DNA of 64,000 nucleotides from a virus. Shown piece after piece: positions 8,450 to 15,609 of the stretch; the first letter of the stretch is position 1, and each line of letters begins with the position of its first letter. The stretch is taken from the IMG/VR virus record IMGVR_UViG_3300014911_000001, positions 64,001 to 128,000 of that record; one strand, 5' to 3'. A program made the position numbers and the translations under genes. The notes beneath the pieces were generated by a model that was not told where the DNA came from, ran no database searches, and saw only the letters and a list, made by a program, of their open reading frames with translations.

Positions 8450-8746
8450 TTACACATAAAAGCGATCCAACCCCTCAATATGAGGGGTTGTTTTGCTCTC
8501 CCTATCAACGATGTACAAGTTAGTCCCTATCCGAAATATGTCATGATACTTACACGCCTCCGGCTCCACAATAAGCTCTGCATCCTCAGGTATATATCCA
8601 ACCCATCCTTTGTACAAGCACCTCCGCACTAAGACATGAGTAAAACAGCTGGAATCAACAAGTGTAAGTCTATCATCATCATCATCGTAAATTCCGATAT
8701 ACCAGTAGTTATCTCTCACCAAGACTTTAATGACTTTTACCGCCAC
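8450..8746 (-). CDS. hypothetical protein (98 aa)
   Basis: GTG start at 8746 after AAAGGAGG; the upstream extension in the ORF track is structured RNA. Confidence 0.7.
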   Translation of the reverse strand: MAVKVIKVLVRDNYWYIGIYDDDDDRLTLVDSSCFTHVLVRRCLYKGWVGYIPEDAELIVEPEACKYHDIFRIGTNLYIVDRESKTTPHIEGLDRFYV

Positions 8747-8760
8747 GATAAACCTCCTTT

Positions 8761-8820
8761 CGCCGCACCTCAGTTCAGCCCCCGACACGCATGCGGTGCG
8801 GCATTTACATACGTGTCGGG
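8761..8820 (-). ncRNA. H-type pseudoknot abutting the SD
   Basis: S1 CCCGACACGUAUG/CAUGCGUGUCGGG, loop UAAAUGCCGCACCG, S2 GCCGCACC/GGUGCGGC. Confidence 0.8.
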
Positions 8821-8836
8821 ATGCCGCCCAAGCCAT

Positions 8837-8907
8837 CGGACGCTCTTAGACCTAGCCACAAGGCTAGGAGCCCCTCCACCACGTCAAGGTGGCGTCCGTC
8901 GGAGGGG
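8837..8907 (-). ncRNA. HDV-like ribozyme fold, copy A
   Basis: P1 CCCCUCC/GGAGGGG, P2 CGGACGC/GCGUCCG, P3 ACC/GGU, L3 UUGACGU, P4 CCUAGCC/GGCUAGG, J4/2 UCUAAG. Confidence 0.8.
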
Positions 8908-8956
8908 TAGCAAGGCCATGCGAGACCTTGCTTTGTCTGCGGGGGCACCATGAATA

Positions 8957-9190
8957 TTATAACTCTGATGGACGGGGCCTCTGTAACGATTCAAAATATA
9001 GCGATAAAGCCTCCATGAATGTCACAGGAATCCCTTTTTTCTTATACTGGAATGGAGGCGCCGGAACATTACCCAGCACCTCCTTTGTTATTTTTATTGC
9101 AATGTAACCTCTAAGTTCCTTAAACCGGTATGTCTTGATTTCACCATTATTATAAATGGTGATAGCATTCACGTTTTTTGACATCCTCAT
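8957..9190 (-). CDS. hypothetical protein, first gene of the leftward operon
   Basis: AAGGAGG SD, 77 aa. Confidence 0.7.
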   Translation of the reverse strand: MRMSKNVNAITIYNNGEIKTYRFKELRGYIAIKITKEVLGNVPAPPFQYKKKGIPVTFMEALSLYFESLQRPRPSEL

Positions 9191-9206
9191 TTTATCCTCC
9201 TTTTTC

Positions 9207-9266
9207 GCCGCGCCTTGGTTCTACGCCCAGCATGTACGCGGCGCGGCATTTACGCACATGCTGGGC
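9207..9266 (-). ncRNA. H-type pseudoknot abutting the SD
   Basis: S1 GCCCAGCAUGUGCG/CGUACAUGCUGGGC, loop UAAAUGCCGCGCCG, S2 GCCGCGCC/GGCGCGGC; covaries with 8761-8820. Confidence 0.8.
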
Positions 9267-9544
9267 TGGCGCCCCCGCAATCCCCTATTAGCCGAGGAAG
9301 CAAATCAAAAATCAAGGGGGCAGGGGGGTCGAAATACAATCCGACCCCCTCAAAATCCACAATAGAGACCTCCTGAATTTTTTGCCGATTTCTTGACCCT
9401 TATGGACCTCCCTGTAGACTCATTCCGACGGGGTACCTTGCGGCATAGGGAGGTGTTCTATGAGGTTGTTGGTTGGACTGGATATGGGCTTGTGATGGTT
9501 ATTGTGTTAGGGTCTGGGGGGTGTGGGACCTCTTGTGGGCTTGT

Positions 9545-9720
9545 TTGTGACTATGTGGGTTGGTGTGGGCTACCCCTTTTCGACCCTATGGGTCTGCTCT
9601 CTATAAGGCTTCCTGCTTCAGCGAGGGATAGCTAGGCTTATGTGAAGCCCCCGCCAGAGCCCTCTCCACAGGCATAAGTTCGGGCCGCCCCGGCCCTACC
9701 ACCCGTGAGGTGGGTGAGCC
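9545..9720 (-). ncRNA. TnpB omega-RNA (reRNA) scaffold plus putative guide
   Basis: GGGGCGGCCCGAAC..GCCUGUGGAGA..UCGCUGAAGCAGGAAGC..GGGGUAGCCCAC matches the IS200/IS605 right-end RNA pattern; the guide would start at 9564 (ACCAACCCACAUAGUCACAA). Confidence 0.8.
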
Positions 9721-9759
9721 CATTTTTTGTGATGTATGTTGTGTGTATGTTAGCATTTT

Positions 9760-10203
9760 TTATATACCTGTGCTACCGAATCCATTTTGGTTGCGTGTTG
9801 TGGGTGTTACATCATTGACAGGTTCGAATTCGCATGGATGTATTCGTGATATTATTATTTGGGCTATTCTATCGCCGTCTTTTATGGTAATGTTTTTGTT
9901 ACCGAGGTTGATGAGGATGACCATTATTTCGCCTCTGTAGTCGCTATCTATGGTTCCTGGTGAGTTAAGGACCGTTAGTCCGTGTCTGAGTGCTAGTCCA
10001 CTTCTTGGGCGGATTTGTGCTTCGTAGTTGTTGGGTAGTTCTAGTATGAAGCCGGCCGGTATGGCTTTATATTCACCCGGGTGTAGTGTTATGGGTTTTT
10101 GGAGTCTTGCGAAGATGTCGTAGCCTGCTGAACCCGGGGTCATTTTTCTTGGCATTGTACCGCCGGGCAGAAGTTTTAGTTTGATTTTATTAGTGTTACT
10201 CAT
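9760..10203 (-). CDS. dut: dUTPase (trimeric)
   Basis: SAGYDI, RPRSGLA, GTIDSDYRGE, GDRIAQ, RNQNGFGSTG; exact start uncertain. Confidence 0.95.
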   Translation of the reverse strand: MSNTNKIKLKLLPGGTMPRKMTPGSAGYDIFARLQKPITLHPGEYKAIPAGFILELPNNYEAQIRPRSGLALRHGLTVLNSPGTIDSDYRGEIMVILINLGNKNITIKDGDRIAQIIISRIHPCEFEPVNDVTPTTRNQNGFGSTGI

Positions 10204-10432
10204 GGCTACTGGATTTAATTTGTTCGTTCTTACTGTTACTAATAGGTTTGATACCCAGTACCCATTGGGCACCGCATTCACATATTAGTGTCATCCTTTT
10301 ATACCCTTGCGTATCGGATGCTGTGAATACGATGGACACAGATTGACCGTCTTTTAGGTTCCATCCTTCTATTATGTTTGTTTTACCGCATACGGGGCAT
10401 GTGAAGAAGCCCGCCCATTTTTGTTCCTTCAT
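10196..10432 (-). CDS. small zinc-ribbon protein
   Basis: CPVCG...CECG; ATGA overlap with the upstream gene. Confidence 0.65.
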   Translation of the reverse strand: MKEQKWAGFFTCPVCGKTNIIEGWNLKDGQSVSIVFTASDTQGYKRMTLICECGAQWVLGIKPISNSKNEQIKSSSHE

Positions 10433-10824
10433 TTTATCTCCTTATTGTTTTTATCGTTGAAATATGTTTTTCTAAATTCCTCTAGGATAGGTTCATCACC
10501 TGTACCATAGAGGACGGCGTGCATCCATTCAGTTACTTGATCTGCTGTATGGTGTGGAAATACATCCTTCATGCATCCGAAGTATTTTTGCCAGTTGGTT
10601 GGTTTAGGTTTTTTATGTTCTTTTATAGTCCATTTTTTGGTAGCTGTGGCGGATCCGTAGGTTGTGAGGATGAGGCCTATAATTATTATTATTATGGTGT
10701 ATGTAGTGGGATTATTGGTGTAGTGGTGGAGGAGGAAGCCGGCCGCAGTGGTAAGGAGGCCCCAGAATCGTTTGCTTTTCCAGAAGGGTTTGGTGTTATT
10801 ATTGTTATTATCGTGTGTGCTCAT
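10429..10824 (-). CDS. membrane protein, holin-like N-terminus
   Basis: KPFWKSKRFW followed by two TM segments. Confidence 0.55.
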   Translation of the reverse strand: MSTHDNNNNNTKPFWKSKRFWGLLTTAAGFLLHHYTNNPTTYTIIIIIIGLILTTYGSATATKKWTIKEHKKPKPTNWQKYFGCMKDVFPHHTADQVTEWMHAVLYGTGDEPILEEFRKTYFNDKNNKEIK

Positions 10825-12052
10825 TTTGGATCTCCTTTATGTTATGAAGCCCGCGCTTCAGTATATTAATACTTGCATTATAATCTCTATCGAGGGTTGC
10901 ACCACAGAACGGACATTTATGTATACGATCGTGGAGTGATTTGGGTACCTTATGTCCACATGAGGAGCATGTCTGCGTAGTATATGCTGGGTTAACCTTG
11001 ATGACCTGTGAGCCGTGAAGCCGCGCCTTGTAGGATGTTAGATTGATAAGTGTGTTCCATCCTGCATCGTAGATGTATTTAGAGAGGTGAAGCCGGCGGC
11101 GCTTGCTTACAAGATCACGTATTTTTATATCCTCGAATATAATAATATCATAGTTAGTAGCAAGCTGGTGTGAGATATGATGGAGGAAGCCGCGCCGCAT
11201 GTTAGCTAATCGTTCATGGAGTCTGGCTAGTTTACGCCTCTGTTTCATATAATTAGCACTCCCTCGCTGCTTGCGCGAGAGCTGTTTTTGTACACGCTTT
11301 ATACGTTTTTCGAGTTTGGTGATGAAGCGCGGGTTAGATACAATATTACCATCACTTGATACGATGAGATTCGTAAGCCCGAGATCTATACCGATGATGC
11401 GCTGCTTATTATTAGTATCGATAACGATAGTAGCGTCATTATTATTGGGTACTTCAACTGTTACATATACATACCATCTACCGCTGGGATGTCTTTTTAT
11501 AGTAACATTTTTGGCTTTAGTCCAGTCGATGGGTCGGTGAAGGCGGATTTTTAAGCCGCCGAGTTTGGGTAAATGAATATATGCGAACTTATCATTCAGT
11601 TTCTCAAATTTAATGACAGGATACCCATCCGGATAGTTTTTATGAGTCATCCAAACTTGTGGATATGTAAGTGATAGATATTGATCAGGTTTTTTGGGTT
11701 TAGGCGGACTTATATGTCCTTCTTTATTCCTGATGGCTACAAAGAAACGCTTATATGCCCAGTCAATCTTATCAATTATAGCCTTTAAGACACCTGAATA
11801 AACGAGCCTTAAGGCAGGTTCCTCTCTTTTAAATGCGGTTAGGTTACGTTGCCTCTCAAATTTTGTAGGGGTTCTATGTTCTTCATCCCATATACGTCTG
11901 TATTCATTTATTTCGTAATTATAGAACCAGCAGAGGATGGACAGCCAGTTTTCTAGTTTGTATTCTTGTAGTGTTGTTGGATAGGCTCTGAATTTGTAGG
12001 TGAGGTAGGAAGCCGCCGCCTTATCAGTATTTTTTGATCCCTGTTTATTCAT
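10808..12052 (-). CDS. tnpB: IS200/IS605-family TnpB RNA-guided endonuclease (no TnpA nearby)
   Basis: YKFRAYPT, RuvC-I GIDLG, RuvC-II FEDI, TTQTCSSCG/CPFCG zinc finger, RuvC-III DRDYNASINIL. Confidence 0.95.
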   Translation of the reverse strand: MNKQGSKNTDKAAASYLTYKFRAYPTTLQEYKLENWLSILCWFYNYEINEYRRIWDEEHRTPTKFERQRNLTAFKREEPALRLVYSGVLKAIIDKIDWAYKRFFVAIRNKEGHISPPKPKKPDQYLSLTYPQVWMTHKNYPDGYPVIKFEKLNDKFAYIHLPKLGGLKIRLHRPIDWTKAKNVTIKRHPSGRWYVYVTVEVPNNNDATIVIDTNNKQRIIGIDLGLTNLIVSSDGNIVSNPRFITKLEKRIKRVQKQLSRKQRGSANYMKQRRKLARLHERLANMRRGFLHHISHQLATNYDIIIFEDIKIRDLVSKRRRLHLSKYIYDAGWNTLINLTSYKARLHGSQVIKVNPAYTTQTCSSCGHKVPKSLHDRIHKCPFCGATLDRDYNASINILKRGLHNIKEIQNEHTR

Positions 12053-12100
12053 TTCATTATGTTACTATATGATGGAACATTTTATATTGGATATGTTACA

Positions 12101-12391
12101 CTATGGTATAACATCTCTCTCCTCTGTCTCTATGGACATATTGATCATATCTATTATGTCCTCAGGTAGGGAGTGAAGAATCTCTCTGAACTCGTCCTCA
12201 CCATCGAATACATAAACAGATAAGCGCCCGCATTTTTCATAGTCACCACACGGATGAATGCGTCTTATATCCCATGCGACCTTATCTTTTGATGTTATCA
12301 CCTTTATGTTGAACTCAGCATTGACTATCGTTGACTCTCCCTTCCATATGTTAACGCAAGGATTAACGCAATAGTTAACGCATAGGTACAT
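12101..12391 (-). CDS. hypothetical protein (start uncertain)
   Basis: ORF track; the N-terminus overlaps a DNA repeat. Confidence 0.45.
   Translation of the reverse strand: MYLCVNYCVNPCVNIWKGESTIVNAEFNIKVITSKDKVAWDIRRIHPCGDYEKCGRLSVYVFDGEDEFREILHSLPEDIIDMINMSIETEERDVIP
12350..12382. repeat. 3x TTAACGCA direct repeat, 12-bp period
   Basis: Copies at 12351, 12363 and 12375. Confidence 0.8.
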
Positions 12392-12844
12392 TCATGCATC
12401 TCCAAACCGTTGCATCAACCGTTCCATGCTTTTTCTAAAGAGCTTCACCGATGCGTACAATAGATTGGCAGCAATAGCAAGATAAAGCACACCTATAGGA
12501 GGCTTTGAGAGGAACGGTACGACACTTGATACAATAAATGCAATACTCATGTTAGCAGCAAACTGATGATAACGAAAATAATGATTCAGTATTCCTTCGT
12601 AGACACTAACATCATCACTTGATAGATTTTCAAATGTTATGTGAGTTTTTGATGAAATACCACATATGAAATTATAACGAATCGTATCAATAATAAGCCC
12701 CAGCATGAAGGATGATACAGCAAATGCACATGCCCATAAGCCCCACGGTATAGTTGGACCAAAAAGTCCTATCTTATATATATGGAGAAGAAGGAAGAAG
12801 CCCGGCAGAAAATGAGCAATAAAAACACCATATAAGAAACTCAT
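12392..12844 (-). CDS. multi-pass membrane protein
   Basis: Four hydrophobic segments; GGAGG SD. Confidence 0.7.
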   Translation of the reverse strand: MSFLYGVFIAHFLPGFFLLLHIYKIGLFGPTIPWGLWACAFAVSSFMLGLIIDTIRYNFICGISSKTHITFENLSSDDVSVYEGILNHYFRYHQFAANMSIAFIVSSVVPFLSKPPIGVLYLAIAANLLYASVKLFRKSMERLMQRFGDA

Positions 12845-12870
12845 TAAGGTCCCTCCTTATTTTGATAACC

Positions 12871-13413
12871 TTAGAATAAACTGAATCCTACATAAAGATC
12901 CCAACCACGATCAAATGATTCATTAGAATTAACGAACTGGCTATTATCGTAGGAAGCCCCGACATAGAAGGTGGGTGATAATATAATAATGCCCTGACAG
13001 AATGATTCAGAAAGAAGAAACGGATTCATAAGCGCCACAATGATTGATAGATCTATACCTACAGACCCAGAAAGACGCATGTTGGTGTAGTCGAAGCCGC
13101 CGCCCCTTCCGTAGCCAAGCCGGCCGCCTAAACGTATGAAGGATAACTCCTTAATAAGTGGTATATCAACATCCATTGATGCAAAAAGACCATTACCAGA
13201 TCCCTTGGGGGTTCTTATGTGTTCATACCCGAGGCCGGCGTAAAGAAGTGGATATGATTCCTCATCATGGTTGAGTAGATATTTGAAGCCCCCGCTCCAG
13301 TCCTTGTTGTAAACATTTTTGTCAATTTCAATATTGATCGGGAGGATATGAGGCAGGGCATTTGATATAGCAAGAGCGGAGAGAATTAATAAAACAGTAA
13401 ATATTTTACGCAT
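12871..13413 (-). CDS. secreted outer-membrane beta-barrel-like protein
   Basis: Signal peptide, alternating beta strands, C-terminal WDLYVGFSLF (BAM-type signal). Confidence 0.65.
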   Translation of the reverse strand: MRKIFTVLLILSALAISNALPHILPINIEIDKNVYNKDWSGGFKYLLNHDEESYPLLYAGLGYEHIRTPKGSGNGLFASMDVDIPLIKELSFIRLGGRLGYGRGGGFDYTNMRLSGSVGIDLSIIVALMNPFLLSESFCQGIIILSPTFYVGASYDNSQFVNSNESFDRGWDLYVGFSLF

Positions 13414-13444
13414 GTATCACCTCCTTTAATAGTATGTTACAGTA

Positions 13445-13472
13445 TTATATGTATGGTCATATTATAGTCAAG
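13445..13472 (-). promoter_or_regulatory. sigma70-type promoter
   Basis: TTGACT-N16-TATAAT upstream of 13413. Confidence 0.65.
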
Positions 13473-13565
13473 CAGAAATTTTTGGGATAAATCGTTCTGT
13501 ATATAGAACAATTTTTAGGTAATTTTGTTCTGCAGACATTACAAAAAACCCAATTTTTGATGTGA

Positions 13566-13745
13566 TTATTCAGTAAGAATATCTTCTCTTTTTTCTAATA
13601 CCCATTCTAATGCTTCGATTTTACCAAGGTGATTATAGTATGCTGGCAGAAAATCAAATCCTCTATCTTCAGTCATTTCCCATAGCTCACTTGCCTGCTC
13701 ATTCAACTCTTCTAAAGCTGTCTTAATTTCCTTTTTACTTCTCAT
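13566..13745 (-). CDS. small hypothetical protein
   Basis: GGAGG SD before MRSKKEIK; IEALEWVL motif. Confidence 0.7.
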   Translation of the reverse strand: MRSKKEIKTALEELNEQASELWEMTEDRGFDFLPAYYNHLGKIEALEWVLEKREDILTE

Positions 13746-13774
13746 GTTAACCTCCCTTTTAATAATATGCAACT

Positions 13775-13802
13775 ATTATATTGATAGATACTGCTGTGTC
13801 AA
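13775..13802 (-). promoter_or_regulatory. sigma70-type promoter
   Basis: TTGACA-N16-TATAAT. Confidence 0.7.
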
Positions 13803-13986
13803 GTCCAAAATGAAGCCGGCGGGGCTAAAGAAGAACCCGCCGTGCCAATCCTAGATCCTTATAGGCCTAGGGGGACGGCGGGGAGCTTAATTATACGGTG
13901 CGAAGCGGCGCGCCTTACGGACCCATACCTCACACCATTTAAGAATATACCATAATAATAAATCATGTCAAGAAATTAATCGTATG

Positions 13987-14070
13987 GTAGGGATAATCAG
14001 TCAACCATAATGATCAAACAGTAGGGATAATTCATCAAGTTGACGGATATGTTGACGATAAAGTTGACGG
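13987..14070. repeat. 2x GTAGGGATAAT and 3x GTTGACG (12-bp period) upstream of phoH
   Basis: Copies at 13987 and 14021, and at 14039, 14051 and 14063. Confidence 0.75.
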
Positions 14071-14137
14071 AACCAACTGCTCTGGAGGATGCTGATGGTA
14101 TGATAAGAGAAGCAAACCCAACCAATGGAGACTCCAG

Positions 14138-15070
14138 ATGAGCAAAAAACACAAGAATGGCCGTTCATTCTATTCCATCACAATCCCGACATCTCTTAAG
14201 GTTAACTGGGACATTATGTCCAAGTTCATCGAAGATGAGTTCAACATAGTACTTAAGGTCGAGGATGATACACTTTACTTATCGGGACGTAACAAAAAAC
14301 TTATGAAGGAGGTTGGTAATGTCATTATAGAACTATCCTTATCAGGAGTTACATATAAGAGCGTCGAGGAGCTGGCGGCTATATGGGGAGATTATCTAAG
14401 CGCGCGCCATATAATAACATATGATAAAGCCGGCCGGCCTATAACACCTCTATCAGAGAACCAGAAGCACTTTATCAAAGCTGTGCAGGAAAATGATATT
14501 ACATTTGTGATAGGCCCCGCCGGAACCGGTAAGACATATCTTGCTGTTGCACAGGCTGTAGGAATGTTAAGAAGCCGCCAAATAAATAAGATTGTAATAA
14601 CGAGGCCTCTCGTTGAGGTTAATGAAAAGTTGGGATTCCTGCCAGGGGACATAAAGAACAAGGTAATGCCATTCCTTATACCAATATATGATGTACTTGG
14701 GGAACTCTTCACCAAAAGCGAGCTTGAAAATTTAGAGAAAAATGGAGTTATTGAGATCATTCCCATCGCGTTCATGCGTGGGAGGACTATAAAAAATAGC
14801 ATCGTTATTGCTGATGAGGCACAAAACCTTACGATTTCACAGATGAAAATGTTGCTTACTAGGATTGGGTTGGGTACAAAATATATTATTATAGGAGATA
14901 TAACACAGAGTGACATACATAATGGCAAAAAGAATGGACTTCTTTATGTTGTTGAGCGCATAAAGAGGGTGGGAAGCCGCGGCTTCGGTATCGTTAAGAT
15001 GACAGATGCCGACATAAGGCGGCATCCTATTATAACGGAGGTGCTCAAATTGTTTGATAATTTGACTTGA
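14138..15070 (+). CDS. phoH: PhoH-family ATPase
   Basis: GPAGTGKT, LGFLPGD, FMRGRT, DEAQN, GDITQSD, RHPII. Confidence 0.95.
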   Translation: MSKKHKNGRSFYSITIPTSLKVNWDIMSKFIEDEFNIVLKVEDDTLYLSGRNKKLMKEVGNVIIELSLSGVTYKSVEELAAIWGDYLSARHIITYDKAGRPITPLSENQKHFIKAVQENDITFVIGPAGTGKTYLAVAQAVGMLRSRQINKIVITRPLVEVNEKLGFLPGDIKNKVMPFLIPIYDVLGELFTKSELENLEKNGVIEIIPIAFMRGRTIKNSIVIADEAQNLTISQMKMLLTRIGLGTKYIIIGDITQSDIHNGKKNGLLYVVERIKRVGSRGFGIVKMTDADIRRHPIITEVLKLFDNLT

Positions 15071-15096
15071 CAGTAGAGATGTATAATTAATATAAT
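15067..15096 (+). promoter_or_regulatory. consensus sigma70 promoter for the tRNA-like gene
   Basis: TTGACA-N18-TATAAT, ending 9 nt before the RNA. Confidence 0.7.
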
Positions 15097-15105
15097 AAAA
15101 TTTTT

Positions 15106-15177
15106 ACCGGGGTGGCGGAAACGGCGCAGGGGACCCCGGGACGAGTGTCCGTGTGGGTTCGAGTCCTGCTCCCGGTA
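15106..15177 (+). tRNA. tRNA-Leu-like RNA lacking the anticodon loop
   Basis: Acceptor ACCGGGG/TCCCGGT plus A73, D arm GCG/CGC, long variable arm GGAC/GTCC, T loop TTCGAGT; anticodon arm reduced to GGGGACCCC. Confidence 0.75.
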
Positions 15178-15178
15178 T

Positions 15179-15424
15179 CTATTCTGCAAGCCACCACCAG
15201 AACATAAGATGTACAAACACAAAAATTAAAGTGAAAATTAATACTGCACCAAAAATACATAGAAACATATCCCAAATACCAACAAAAGGTATGAACCACC
15301 CGATATAAGGTGGTATAAAGGATACACAACTTAGAATGATCACAGAAAGACCCATAATGAATAGTGTCAACTTAATAATTGACATCAATATTTCCTCATT
15401 ATATTCACAACAGACCTTACTCAC
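15179..15424 (-). CDS. small membrane protein
   Basis: Two hydrophobic helices. Confidence 0.5.
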   Translation of the reverse strand: MSKVCCEYNEEILMSIIKLTLFIMGLSVIILSCVSFIPPYIGWFIPFVGIWDMFLCIFGAVLIFTLIFVFVHLMFWWWLAE

Positions 15425-15598
15425 TAGCCTTTAATTCACATGGATATTCCTCCTCCACACGGAATATATCTATGATTGGATACTTAAGTACTTTCTCTTT
15501 CCTCAATAGACAGTAAACCCCGCTTTCACATATGTCTGTGAGACATTTTCATAAACGATCGGATATGATGTACCTTTTAACCACAGTACAACCTTCAT
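15417..15598 (-). pseudogene. small phage gene apparently split by a 1-nt frameshift
   Basis: SD plus MKVVLWLKGTSYPIVYENVSQTYVKAG; continues YCLLRKEKVLKYPIIDIFRVEEEY in the -1 frame. Confidence 0.45.
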
Positions 15599-15609
15599 AA
15601 ATACCTCCG

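Noticed and set aside
2031-9266. Intergenic GC-rich repeats as a CRISPR array, integron attC sites or intrinsic terminators
   Set aside because: No constant repeat-spacer period, no integrase or attC core sites, and no U tracts. The covariation fits pseudoknotted RNA instead.
10808-12052. TnpB as Cas12f of a CRISPR system or as a nuclease-dead TldR
   Set aside because: No CRISPR array in the window, an IS605-type omega-RNA is present, and all RuvC catalytic residues are intact.
15106-15177. tRNA-like sequence as a prophage att site
   Set aside because: No integrase and no duplicated tRNA 3' end in the window; both flanks are phage-like.
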